Made by a program: the position numbers and the translations under genes
Shown: positions 40,301 through 55,200 of the stretch, one piece after another
How positions within the stretch are numbered: position 1 is the stretch's first letter
Layout of the letters: every line of letters begins with the position of its first letter
Notes under the pieces: generated by a model
Databases searched by the model: none
What the model saw: the letters and a program-made list of their open reading frames with translations, nothing else
Told to the model about the DNA's origin: nothing
NCBI GenBank assembly: GCA_951406725.2
Contig: OX597815.1
Span: forward strand, 15,934,001 to 15,998,000
From: Octopus vulgaris
Taxonomy: Eukaryota
Direction of reading: 5' to 3'
DNA length: 64,000 nucleotides

Positions 40301-43300
40301 GCTATGTTGTCATATAAACAATTTGATGAGTGAGTTGAGTTGCATAACATTTTAGTTGTATGGCCAACATTATTTTATTCGAATTGAACAATGTTATCAA
40401 TGTTGCTAGTATCTATTTGCAGGTGAAAGTTTTTTTATTAAATTCTTGATGTTTGTTTTTATCAGTTACATTTGTATATCTATTTGCTACTGTCTATTGA
40501 TGAAGTCATAAATTTCAATGTGGCTGTGAACGTCCTTAGATAATGAAACTTCTTACAAATTTCTGACATGCAGCCAAACCTCATAAATTGCTTGTCTTTT
40601 GTAGGCTGGTTAATTAATTACACCAGATTTATAGTTTATTGAGATGTGTAAATTAAACATGCTGAAGAGTTTATTTTAACTCTCATCAGCTGATATTTAA
40701 TTGCTTTATATAAATTTTAAAATTGGTTCATTGTTACATTTGGAATACATTTATAGTTTCTTTATTGCTATCATGTTAGTACCCGAAATTTTAAAAGAAC
40801 AAATGGAAAATATTTTCTCTACTTAGAATTGGGAAGCATTGATACAATATGGAATCCTTCGTGTCTAATTAAATCAGCATACAATATTTTCAGAGACCAT
40901 CACAATTTTTTTTCCACTTACTAGAAAAGATTTGGTGTTTAAATAAAGGCATATATTTTTGTATTTTTAGCTAATCATTTAGATAAGGGAATGCTTTTTT
41001 TTATATATATATTTTTTTTTTTTTTTCCCATCTGTTTAATTCATTTTAATCAATTCTATATTCATTCCACTGTAAGTTCCAAATGAATAATGTTTAAGTA
41101 TATATATAATATATATCATATATATTTTAATATTATTCTCTTCCCGTACAGTTTTCATATCTGCGTTGTTTTGTTTTGTTCTCCTGTCTTTTGTTTTCAA
41201 TTATGGAGTTCTATTTCTATCAAGCTTTCTATTCTGCTTAACTAAAATTATTTTTCCTATTCATATCTTTGTTTCTGAAATTACTTTTAGTGTGAAAGGA
41301 TTTGAGGTTTTTAAGTCGACTTTTTATTTCACCAGGCTATTTCCTTTTAAAAATAAAGTGTCTATTTTTATCTTGCGGTATATAACTTTCTTTACTTTAT
41401 ATGGTCATTTACCAAAATTTATTTTACTCCAGCACATCCTTAATTGATTACTATCTTTCTAGTAGTTTAATAAAATAATTCTTTTGTATAGTTGTTTTTA
41501 CACTTAGAAATTAATAGAGAAAGGTAGAATTATTCTTAAAACCATTCCATGTCCTTTTTTTAGTTATAGGAAAAGGTGGTGAACAGATATCAAGGTTACA
41601 AGCAGAAACGAGTTGTAAAATTCAAATAGCACCAGGTAGGTTTGTTTTTTAGCTCCTGACCATATCAGTTACCCTAAAGCATCCTACAGGAAGGCATTAA
41701 CCCTTATCCTGCTGATTTTCAAACTAGTTTGTTTCTAGTGGAATTAACAACCATTGTTAGCTCCTGATAGTGTAAACAAGTAGTTTGGAATCTTTATCAA
41801 AATTTGTTGGATTTTAAGTATAATTAATGGGCTTTTTTTTTCCTTTTTGTTCTGGTGTAATAATAAAGTTCAGAATAATTGAATTATTGGTCAGCTTGGA
41901 TTTCAAGATATCACCCTCTAAATTAAGAAGTTAGTTTACGTGACAAAAATTTGTTTTTCAATTTGAGAATGTTTTTTGAATGTTAAAATATTTTCATATT
42001 TAAAAAAAAATCAATATATATATATATATATGTATGTATGTATATATATATGCACTTTGTTTTTGTTAATACTTTTATATATCTGTAAATCTCTCTGCAG
42101 GATAAGGGTTATATTGGTATATTTAATAAATGGGCTAATATTGATATGGAAAACTGCTTGTCACTAATGACCTTTGACCACAAAATAGATTTCCACTGAA
42201 ATTGATATTTTGATATAGACTTAGTCACTATGCAATATGGTTGGGGATGCCTTCCTTTTGATAAATGGTAGAAATATGAAATCCTTTTAGATTAGGTGAA
42301 CATTGAAAGAAAGGTGAAACAAAAATTATACATTGATATTTTGTTAAAGATTACAGGTTAAATTGTAAGCATAAGATTAATTACACGTTCTGATTTGTTA
42401 TAAGTGTGCTTCTAAGTGACCTATTTGCATAAAATTCTACTGTAAATTCCCCTCACCTTTCTATCAATGACTGTGTGTGGTAAAACTTATTTAATAGCAG
42501 TTAATTTGGTTTAATTTAAATACAATATAGAGCAACAATAAAGACACTTACTAATTGGTTTGACATAACTGTCATAAATTATAATTAAGAAAATTTCAGA
42601 AATTGATTCCCTTCCTCCATTTGTTTCTTTTATTACAAAACTATTAGTTTTAAAATTGCCTCCTTAATTGATCAATCATTAAAACTGCATTTAAAAGAAG
42701 TATCTTAAAAAATTTAACGTTTTCATTCACAGATTTTCTTTGTAAATATTTAAGTAAATTTCTGTATATTTTTAAAGTAATGGATATTGTAGTTAGAGCA
42801 TTATTTTTTTTTTTTCACTGTTTTCCTTTTTTTCGTTTTTGTACTTATTGGTATCAACTGTCTCTGGCAAAAATTCTTGATAATTCTAACAAAAATCTTA
42901 AATCTTACATTTTGTTTTGAAATATGCTGCTCTAACAGTAGAATTGATTACCATCAGTTTTACTCCCTAGTTATGGTGTTTAATACGTTTCTAGTATATT
43001 ATAAACAGTTTTTATATTTTTTTTATTGATTTTTAACAACTGAACACAAGCCACTTAAATTCATATGATGATAATTTAAATCATAATACATAATTTGCTA
43101 ATGATTCTGAAAAGCTGGTATTTAGAAGGTATAGTTAATTGTTAGATACAGAATTTTAAAGACCTACAAAAGGAATTGAAGCATTTATGATTAAGAAATT
43201 AGATATTAGAAATGTTGGATAGTTTGAATGCTGTAATCACTGGCTTTGGTCGTGCACAATATTTACAAGTTTTATTGGGACTGTTTCATCATCTCTAAAA

Positions 43301-46300
43301 AATAGAATGTTTTCTCATTTGTCTGAGTTTTTATTTCTTTGCTGTTGGCTCTAACCTTATATGCCATGGTTCCTCTTTTCACAGTTTTAATAATTGTAAA
43401 AAGGAAATTTATATTATAACCTGAATTGTAATTTCCATAAAATGAATGTTTGCCTATGGTTAAATGCTGTTTTTTTTTTGTTTTTTTTTTTTCTTTCTTT
43501 CTTAAAATAAGGCAGTTTTCTGGATTGTGTCAGATTCGGGCTACCCATCATTGTCAGTTTCAGTAAAATATGATCATGCTAACCTTCACTGAATTTTAAA
43601 ATATATGTGAAGTTTAAAATATCTTCAACTCTCAATAGATTTGTTTTCCAGGCATTTAGTTTGGTATAAATGTAGTTGAATTACTTTTCATTGCTATAAT
43701 TGCAAGAATCTTTTTCTCGTAGCTATATAAATGCAACATCTTTTCCTCATCACTATTAATGCAGCATCCTTGTTTGTATTATATGTACTGAATGCACTTG
43801 AATATAGATGTTAAATTCTTTTTCTATTGATATCTTTCTTTCTTTTTTTTTAAAATCTATCCAACTGTGTGGGTTCCAGATTTGTTCCTGAAAAATTGCT
43901 TACATTATGTGGAACTGGTTTATATATTTATGGTGCATTGTTTTCATTATTTCCTTACTTTTTCCCCAATATTACTTACAATGGAAATATTTCGGAAATA
44001 TTTGTCAGCAATGGTAGAATTTTCAAATGGTTTGTTTGGGTGAACAGTCAGTCATTGTTGGAATTGGATGGTTTCAGAACACACACACACATAACAAATT
44101 GTACTGGCTTAACAATGAAAACATTGATAATAGCAAAACAGTTTTGAATTGCTTAGACATTTACACATTAGCAAAATAAATCTACTAATAAAGTGTGCAT
44201 AAAGAATTTGCTATTCTTTGTAAGTCCTCACTGTAGCACAATGCATCTGGTTGCAAGAAGCCAAAAATGGTTGGGCTACAAAATATAAAAATTACCATTT
44301 GAAGAAAAAAATTTCTACTGCAAAAATGTATTGGATGAAGGCATATTTTTTGGAAGTTTGTGCACCTGTCTTTTATTTTCTAAAATTTTGCAATAAAAAA
44401 AAGCGTGGGATTCTGACACTCACCACCAATCTTCATTACTATGCTTTAGTCTCTTCACTTCTCATTATCCTTTCTTTAGACTTAGGTTACTCTCCTCCAC
44501 TTACCATTTTTTACATCATACCATCTACCCACCCCAGCATTTAGCTGCCTATCACCATCTTTCTTCCATTGTTCACTCTCCTACCATCCTAAAGTTTTTG
44601 AATTGTTGCATTTATACTCTTTCCTCTATTCATCTTCTGCTTTGCGTGAATGGAGGCTTTGGTCTTCTGAAGTACACTTTGTGAAGTGGTTAATAAATGA
44701 AAGAACAATGTAAAGAAAACACCAGTCTAATGCACTGAGTACACACTGTAAAGTAGTCAGTATTAGCGCATCCAACCATTGAAACAATGCCAGAGGAATT
44801 GTGTAAGAGACTTGGGGAAAAGTAACCCTTAAAAGGAACTTATTCAGGCTGTAATGATGCATTCCAAGTCATGCTCATGTGGAAATTTTATGTATCATAG
44901 CTATTTTATTAAAACTTTGGTTAATAATATTTGCATCTACAACACAATGCAAAAGTAATAAATCTTTGCCAGGAATACTGACCATATCAGTCAAGGTCAT
45001 ACTACTGTTATTGTGTTCACTCCAAGCAATGTACGTAATGCTACTTTCTCCTGTCTGCTTTGTTGAATAAATAAAACAGTGCTACTTTGGCATGTGATTG
45101 ATCTACAACTGAAAGGGTGATTACTTCAGGTTACTTTTTAGTTTACCTTTCAATTTCTAAAGGAAAAACTGGGAAATTTTGCCCCCTTTCTCTCTTCAAA
45201 GCTTCATTCATTTCTCCACCACAATGATGACATGGTGCAATATTTTCTTCATCTAAAAGGCCATTTTTCATAAAAATGCAACTGCTTTCATCTTATTGCT
45301 GTAGGTTCCATTTGTGTGATTAGCAGGAGAAGAACCGTTTACATATAAGACTAAAACATTTGCTCCAAACTATCACTCATGTAAATATGCAAAAATATGT
45401 GACATAGTAGGAATAAAGATAAATTAATCTGAAAATGAAAGTAGATGATGCATTAGTTCAGGCAAAAATACAGCCTGAATTGCTTTCAGAAAAATCACTT
45501 CTTCCTATAAACTGGATGGCTCTTACTCAGCACAGCATCTGCTGAAACACCATCAGCCATCTCTTGGGTGCTACTTTGCAAATCCTCTTCAGCTCTCGAT
45601 TTGCAGCCAATATTTTTTTTTTTTTTTTTTGTCGCTTACCAAAAAGATCTACCCATTTCAATGAATGCACCTTTTACTTTACTTCTGTATGTAGTACACT
45701 CGTGGAGGAAGATTGTACACTAGGTAAAGCTAAAAACCATCCCTTTCCACTACATGAGCTGTGCTGCTACACGCATTCACATAATATTGTCAAGGCCACT
45801 GACCCTGACAATATTATTTCCATCTTTCTGCTCCATACCTAACCTTCAACCTCACCAAACTCTTCAATTTGTTGCTCACTCTACAGGGATATATCTGAGT
45901 GTTTAGAAATAACGCAATCCCTTTCCCAAAAAGGGCAAACCCTCTGGTGTTCCAAGCTATCACCCTATTTCACTGCCAATTTTTTCAATGACTCATAAAA
46001 ATGTGAGTGGGTTGGTTGCTCCTGTCCCTAAAAATATCAGTGGTGCTGCTGATGCTTGTAAACAAGGCAAGATTAAATGAATAGATTAAACAGAATAGAT
46101 TAAATGTTCTTTGAAGAAATTGTTGTGGAAAATCGAGGGTAAATTGACATCCACTTCTATTTGCAGCCATCATGTTAAGACAATAGCATTAATGAACAAA
46201 CTTCCGGATTTTTCTTTCATGTCAAGGCTGTACATGTTGGCAATTTTCTTCAACATCTCTCCCTCCTTAATGACATAGTATGGCTTTTGTAAAGCAAGTT

Positions 46301-49233
46301 ATAACCAATGCACTCTCACTCAAGAAATTGTTGAATACTGATACTGCCCTCAAAATTACCAAAGCTCTTAGCTTTGATCTGCCCTTCTGTGGAATTCAGC
46401 TGAAGGAAGTTTTACAACACAGTTGTACTCAGTTCCATCTACCTCCTGTCTTATGACTCAATGGCTTCTTACCATTGCACTTCAATAGAACTCTGATATA
46501 CTTCAAGGATTGATTATTACTTTCCATAGCACTCACTCATTCACAGAAGATAGCATCTTTCACTCCTCACTAACCCTCTACACCTAGGCAGCATCCACAT
46601 GCAACCCAAATATGCCAAATCTGCATTTACTCAATGAATAGATCTCATCTGTTCTGTTGTGGCCTTATGCTAGTTTTGTGTTGACAGTGAAGGGTCACAA
46701 TCACTACACACGCCAAAAAAGCACTAACTCCATGTGTGCTCACACATATAACAAGAACCCTTAAAGTAGCTTAAATGCTAGACTTTATCACAGCTGAGGA
46801 TTTCTTTTGAAGAATACTCACCCTCAATATAGCAAAGACTTCACTTGCTCTTGAGATCTAGAAAATATTTGACCCCATTATGACTACCAGCCCCTTACAA
46901 AGTTCAGTTGAGATCCCAGAATAGTGCTACTGTTACACATCCTAGACTGCATCCAAAGAATGGCTACTGTTGCTCATGTGCTGCTAACTTCACTTGGGCA
47001 CAGCCAATATATTTGTCTACCTATCCTCTTATTACCCATACTGTCTATCTATCCTTTTACCATTATCCATACTGTCCACACTCCCAATCCCAAGTCATCA
47101 ATCTTCTGCATTCCCACTCTGCATATGATTTTCTTGTCATCATTAATTTAAAGGAGTTCAGGCAGAACAATAACACAGTTCTCACAAAGGATATGGTCAT
47201 ACCCCATCTCTCAAAATACACTTGAACACTGTCTCAAATAGAATAATGAAAAAAAAAATACTTGAAAGAAAAAAAGAACAGTTTTTCAGTGGGTTTTAAA
47301 CAGATGTTCAGCTGCAGGTTAGGCCTGATCAAAAGTGTTCTAGACATTATTGGTTTATCTATTTCCATTGTTCAGGGAACTTGGGACATCCCGTAATATG
47401 TTCCTTTCTTTAACAGAAGTATGTGTTATGAAGGGATTTGGCTGTTGTATCCAGCATGTTTTGTGACCATATACAAAATCCTAATTACCTCATAAGCAAT
47501 GATGTGTGTATAATTAGGTTGCTCATGTTTGAAAATCCGGGCTTAGCTTTCAGCATGAGCTGGTGGCATCTTTAGAGCTAGTTCTGTGGATGGGTATTAA
47601 TATAGGCATTATGAAAATTCTCTCCACTTACTATAATATACACACATTCATGCCATGCCCATTCATTACCTTGTTCCCAATATGGAATGAACACACACTA
47701 TTATCTCTATAAAAGGAAAAGTATTTAATCCTTAAAATTATTTCCTTGTGTAACTTAATCACTTTGGTTAAGATACTTTGTAATTTTGCATTCAACCAGA
47801 TCATTATATGCTGACTACAACTCACACTGCATAAAGTACTGTTTGATATGAAATTTAATACTTGATTTATGGTCTAGGAAATGTAGATTTTTGTTCTTCA
47901 ACTGTTGATGAATAATGACTTTTTTTCAAGTAAAGGCTTTGAATTTCAAACTAATTTTATATATTGTTTTCTAAATGTAATAGATATATTTTGGAATCTT
48001 GCTTGTATTGCATGTTAAAATATATTAATGGGTTTGCAATTCAATTAAAGGATCTGTTTTAATCTTCGTTGGTAAATTTCTTCATGTTTCTTAATATGTA
48101 ACTAGGTTTGCATGGGTCTACACTTGCTTTGTGTGCCTAATGGGGTTCAGTTATGATAGTAATATCTTCTTACTCAGCATTCCAAATAGATTTTGAAGGG
48201 TTTTGTTCCTAATCTTACTTTGTTTTTAATGTTTCTAAATATAAATTTAGATTAATACCGTAGCAAAATTCAGTCTTCATTTTGAGTGCAAGTCGATTGA
48301 GTTACAGGTGTGCAGAGCATTTCAGAGAAACCATGAATACTTTTGCAAATTAAAGTAACAAACTTCTGCAACTAGCTATTGGCTTAGGGTTTACAATGTT
48401 ATGCTTCAGTATTAAATTTTGACGGGATTTTTATATTTTATATTTAATATAGATGAGTTAACAATCAACGATTCCTCTACATGCAACTGAAATGTGTGTA
48501 GGTAAGCCATCAGCAGTTCAGGCCAAAATCTTTGGTGCAAATTGGGGGTTGAATACACCTAGTTTTGGATATATAGGGTAGGCAGAACCAATTGCTTTCT
48601 CTTTTACATGTTCACATCAGAAAATATACGATGTAGATGAGTGTTTACATGACTGGCACTTCTAATCTGAGATGTTTGAAATATTGAGGTGTGCACAGAA
48701 ATGAAACGTCTTTCTCAGAAGAAAAGATGGATTACAGAATTTTGTTTCCACTATTACCTTACTGAAATGGCTAGGAAAAAAGTGAGAGGGTTGGTTGTCC
48801 CTATCCCTAAAAATATCAGTGGTGCTGCTGATGCTTCTGAACAAGGCAAGGAAATACAGAATAGATTTAGATGTTCTTTGACGAAATTGTTGTGGAAAAA
48901 TCAAACGAGTAAGTTGACGGCCAATTTTATGGTCATCAAATTGCAGCCATCATGTTAATGAACAAACTTCAGGATTTTTCTTCCATGTCAAGGCTGTACG
49001 AGTTAGCAGTTTTGTAGTTAGGATTACCAAATCATTTAGCAGTTCATTATTTATTTATTTATAGTTTTGCTTCTGGATTCAAGTTAATTAGTATTTTTAT
49101 TCTTTTTTATGGATTATGATAATTAGATGATGGTGTGTTTTAATGAATATATATGTGCAATGGTATGCAATTCTCTTTCAGGGCTTGGTTTTTAATACCA
49201 TTTTACCAAGTATGCTATTCGATGTTTTATATA

Positions 49234-49271
<38 letters not shown>

Positions 49272-52200
49272 GCAAATATTGTGATGATTATGATGTAGGA
49301 ATATTTTTTTAAGTTAGTTTACATATTCTTTTAGTGGTAAATGTTATACATGCTTACAATTAATTTTATTGAAAATGGATGAAAATTGTCAACGTTTAAC
49401 AAAATTTCTTAATTTTCAATTAACAATTCACTTTTAGTGTGAGACTACTCTTAAATTTTCAGTTAGTAGTCAACTAAATTTTGTCAGTAGACCTTGAATA
49501 ACTTGGAATAATCTTCCTCTTTCGAAAGACAGTTATATGATTGTTTACTTTGAAATTTCAGTATTATCTGACACAAGTTGAAAATAGTAATCCAGCTGAA
49601 GCATTTTAAAACATTACAAAAGTTTAAATTATTCTTTGCAAAGAAGAATGTAATTATACATGGAACTGAAAAATATTTTTGCATTTGCTATATTTGTTTG
49701 TGAAGTGGCATTTTTCTTTCAAAAAAAAAAGAAAAATGATCAAAAGGCGGTACTCTGCACCACTCTACCTTAACAAGTCAAGAAAAGTTTGTGTTATTAT
49801 AAATAGTTATTTCTGTAATTTTCAGATAGTGGAGGCTTGCCAGACAGAGTCTGTTCTTTGACAGGTGCACCAGCTGCAATAAGGTATCTTAATAATATTT
49901 TATCTTGTATTAATTTACTTCTGCAAAATACACATACATGCTATTGTTTTACATCCAAGGGAGAAGCAAATGTAGGTGGCATGAGGTTGATTCAGAAGAG
50001 ACGATACGTCAGTGAGTTATTTGTTGATAAGATCAGTGCATTCTGCATTAGAAAAGTATTCAATTGCATCTAACATGTGAATCTTTTTACAAAATTGCTT
50101 ACCTGTGGGCTACAACATCCCGGTATCATTTCTTGTACCAATGGCACTGTTATGGGTATTTAAGGATCACTTCCTCTCTCTCTCATACTATCAAATCAAG
50201 GTTCATTTCTTGTGCCATGTATATCAGAGTAGCTATCCTCTTTTGTTCAATCCCGGTATCATTTCTTGAACCAATGGCACTGTTATATCATATTTTCAAT
50301 GTGGGTGTTTAAGGATCACTTCCTCTCTCTCTCATACTATCAAATCAAGGTTCATTTCTTGTGCCATGTATATCAGAGTAGCTATCCTCTTTTGTTCAAA
50401 TCGTTTGAAAAGACACCAACTGATAAAATAGCTTTTGATGAGTAAGAGAGAATGGTTAGAATGAATTTGTAGTTTATCTATAATTCATGACTGAAACATG
50501 AGCAGAAATTGTTATTGATGTCATCAGTGTAAGCTTAATTCTGTCACTTACTCTGACATACTTGCTTTTTCTGCTTGTAGTATCCCTACTAAATATATTC
50601 CATTCATTTTAACCAGCCAAACTGTTTGACTGGGAAGAGTCTTCATTGTGGCTCTCATCCATCTCCTTTGTACTCTGCACACATGTACATGTCAACATGA
50701 ATGGTAGCCTTAAAATCCTGTTGCTTTAAGGTAATTTTGGTAGTTGCACTGAATTTGTGATTGTCCTAATAACCAACCTTTGTACACCATTGACTGGGTG
50801 CTCAGAGTATCATGTACTCTGAGTTTGTGTTCAGTTATTCACTTAGAGGGGATCTCAGTTTTACAAGCTGCATGATGGTTTCACTAGTGCCAGTGGCCTG
50901 AAAAACACACCCAGTACATTGTCAAATGGTTGGCATTAAGAAGAGCATCCAGCAATAGAAGCTATACTATAGCAGATACTGGAACACAATATAGTCCTCA
51001 GACCAAACTGTCCATCACGATTATTAAAAGGAGTATGACGATGATGATTGCTATTCTAGATGGACTACTTCTCACGTTTGTAAGCTGTACATCTCTCTCG
51101 TGTGACATAGGCCAGAAATCTTTTCATATGCTCTTAGGTCCGTTTGTAAAGTATATATTTAGTTAATGTGTAAATGTTATATAAGGAAATAGATACAAAA
51201 AGGGAATCACTAAGAATTCGGAAATAGTCTTATACTCTACAATAGTTAGGTATAGGCCTGATGCAACTATCTGAAATACAGCATACAAAAACAGCTTACT
51301 TCAAATGTATTAAAATTTATTCTTATAATTAATAGTTTAATGCATATGTAATCACCTTATTTTGTTCTTCTATTTAGTGCCTGTAAACAGCAAATGCAAA
51401 AAATAGTTGACAAAGCACAGAGTGCAACACTGCCTTTAGATCAGACTACTGTCCCTGAAGGTCAAAATGTTATTGAAATGCTGATTCCAGGCAATAAAGT
51501 TGGCTTAATCATTGGCAAAGGTGGTGAAACAATACGCCAATTACAAGTAAGTAATTTATTTTAAAAAAATTATTGCATAAATGATATCAACTGGGTTATT
51601 GTTGATTTTGATTACTAGTTAAGTAGATTTATAAAAAAAAATTCTACTTTACTGCTGATGTGCATACCTACAAACGGAATGTCAAATCCAATTTTCATTT
51701 TTAGTTGGAACCTTTCTACATTTTATTAATCTAGATGTCTAAGAATTATGGCATTTGTAGAGTATGCATTGATGATGTATAGTATATTCTTAAGTAACCT
51801 TTTCGTTACTATATTTCTAACCAAAATACACTCCTTATGTATTTCAATTTAATTTTAAAATATCCAGCATTTTAGACTGGTTTCATAAATCAAGGGGTTC
51901 TTATTTATCAACATATTATATAGGTGCTGGCATGGCTGTGTGGTAAGAAGCTTTCTCCCCGAACTTGACTCCGTGTTCAGTCCCACTGCATGGCACCTTG
52001 AGCAAGTTTCTTCAACTACAGCCGGCTAAGGCATTAAGCAGATTTGGTAGATGGAAACTGAAAGAAGCCTGTCGTATATGTATATATCTGTGTGTGTGTC
52101 TTTGTCCCCCATCACCTCTTGAAAACCGGTGTTAGTTTACATCCCCATAACATAGCAGTTCGGCAAGAGACTGATAGGATAAGTACCAGGCTTAGATAAG

Positions 52201-55200
52201 AGTTATTGTTGATTTGTTTGACTAAAGCCCTCATAGGCAGTGCAGTCAAATGAGTGAAACCAGTAAAAGACCAGATATTAATGTGATTTTTGGAACTCAA
52301 TTTAACAAAAGGTTCTTAGCTTATTCTGTTGCACAATTTTTGTTTTAAAGCAGATCTAATTATAATAGGAAAAGGACAAATTTTGTTTATACGTCAGCAT
52401 AGACAATGAATTATTTAATATTCACTGGGTATACAACCAAATTGTTTTGTGCAAATTACTTGATAATGTATCAGATGAACTTAATGTATAGAAGATGTGT
52501 TCCAAAGAAAAATATTGGAACTTGTCTTTGAAGAAAACTAGGAAATGAAATAAACCTACATCCACCCATGCAGGTCCTTCAGGAGGATGTTGAAGAGCTG
52601 CAGACCTCTGAAGCCCAGGCTATTGCAGTATCTTGTCCTACATCTCGATGGCAAATTTTGAGTCCTTAGCACTATGCAGTGGCACCCAGTTCTAGTATTT
52701 ATGTAACTCTCGATGCCAAAGTCTGGGACAAGTCCTTCTAGGGTCTTCCAGATGTATATTATGGCATATCTTTCTCGCCAAAGCTCTAAGGAATAATCTC
52801 TTGAGTCTTTCCCAATATGCTACATAGAGGCTATCTTCTTCGTTGGCCTCATTCTGAGATTAATCTGACATTGGTTGGTGACCGTAGCTGAGAGCAATAG
52901 TCAAAGTGGCTTAGGACAAATGTCTTCCAGAGGACCATCATGGTTTCCTGGTCTCTTGTTCTAAAAGTTCTAAGAAACCATCAGGTCAGCCACCTGCATT
53001 TCATTGCCAATTTTGCAACATGCACATGAAAGGATGCATTATTACTCATGTAAATGCCCAGCTCTCAACTGACTGTGCCTCTGGGATTGCAATCCCCCCA
53101 GGTCCCGTGTATTTATTGGGTATTGCATTTAGTTTTGCATGCTGATAGCACAAGGCTTGAAACTTTGCAACATTAAACTGCATGCTATTCTTTTCAGCCC
53201 ACTTGTATATTTCATCCAGTTCACATTGCAGGTGCATTGTGTCTTCAGGGTTCTGTATTACCTGTGAGACTTTTGTATCATCTGCATAACTTGTGATTGT
53301 GGCTCTCTGTATGGCAGAGGGCTATTATGAATAGTAGTGGTCCCAAAACAGTGCCTTGTGGAACACCACTCACTATTTGTGTGTCATTGGAGGTGGCCTT
53401 ATTGGCTACTACCACTTGACTTCTATCCTTCAGAAAGTCGTGAAGCCATTCTCCCAATTTTCCAACTACACCGAGATCACCCAGTTTGTGGCATATAATT
53501 CCATGATCAACTTTATCAAAGGCCTTTGCAAAGTCAGGATATATACACACAAACACAGACAAAATTTCTAAAAGTGCTCAGATCTCTAACTTTGCAAGTA
53601 TGTAGGAAAAGCTCAAACTTTCTTTCCCTCTTTGTTTTATTTTCTACATAACTTCATTTCTGCAGCAGTCACTTCAATGGAAAAAATAAATTAAAAAATT
53701 TAATGGTTTTGTTTCCTTGGAAAGACAGTCACTAGGTCTAATATCTTCCTAAAAATAACTAAGTTTTTATTATGTGCAGGTATAAATTTCTGGGTTTTAT
53801 ATATATATATATATATACACACCACTATACTCCGAAAAAAATATTTTGAATTCAAACTCAACTGCTTGACAACAAATCTGGTATGCACTTTGCATCTGTA
53901 GTGAAGCACTTGGGGAAATCAATGTGGTGGGGGGGGGGATCTCCAAGAATTCGTAACTTTCACAAATATACTAAAGAGATTTGCACTGAAATAAATGACT
54001 AGGCTATTTTGGTTGGCCATTTTCAAGCAGGTTACCCAGCATCTCCAACCAGGTTGGTAATACAAGGGTTAAAGCTTGTCAGTTTTATTAACAGGTTAGT
54101 GAAATGAAAACATTTCACATAAATATGCAAAATATATAAATTCATATTTTAATTTCGAAATTTTAATAGTTGATAATATTTCTCGGAATTTCCTGTTACA
54201 GGACCAGGCTAATGTGAAAATGGTGATGATTCAGGACAGTAGTCTACCCAGTGCACACGACAAGCCATTACGTATCACTGGAGAGCCTTCAAGGTGTGGG
54301 GTAAGTTGTCTGAATTGCATTTAATTGCATTAATTCAGTTGTCTGAATTGCATTTATAAAGAAAGATGATGTTGACTTTACTTTTGGTTGTATTTTTAAC
54401 TTTGATTTTTGTATATTTTAGAGAGCCAGGGATATGGTTATGCAATTGTTGGCAGACAAAGATGGTACAATGGTAAGTTATAAATTTTATTTCATATTTG
54501 ACTTGAACTCACTTTTACAGTGATCATTCTTAAATATCAATTACATCTTAACTGTATGTTTTTTGTCTAAAATAATATAAATATATTTTGTTATATTATT
54601 GTTATGATGATTATACACAGGTAATGGTTGATAGAGCTGTTATATCAACCAAACTTCAAGTGAAATAACTTATAATGGCAGTTACTTGCTAGATCAGTTT
54701 TTATAAGAACCTCTACTTACAAGTGCATGATTGTTTTATAATCAAATGCATAAATAATGTTGATGAGGTTAAGTGAACAGGTTGATAAAAGATTTTCAAT
54801 AAAAATTTGCCTCATGTAGTAAATAAATTTTTACAAAATGTTATTTCTATTTTCATTGTAGACAAATGAATATGGTTCTGCTGTTGGCAATAATAATGGT
54901 GGGGGTGGCGGCGGTGGTGGAGGTGGTGTTAGAGCAGCTGCTTCAGGTGGCAGTGGAATGGACGTAAGTAGTTTTGCAATCGCTCAAATTTCTATTTTCT
55001 TGTTTAAAACTCTGCAAGCAATAAATATGATGCAGATGATTAGTATGTCAAAAATAAAGTAAATTAAAATCTTCATAAGCATCTTAGACATGTTTAATGT
55101 AGTGAAGTTGAAAATTCTTATTTTACTCCCACTCTTCTCTGCTAACAGTTCGTTGGGTGGACCTCACAGTGTATTGCCACTTTTCCTAGTCCTTTAACAT

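Noticed and set aside
43065-43112. ATGATGA...CTGA C/D-box-like pair
   Set aside because: Only ~45 nt, very AT-rich, with no terminal stem or recognisable guide.
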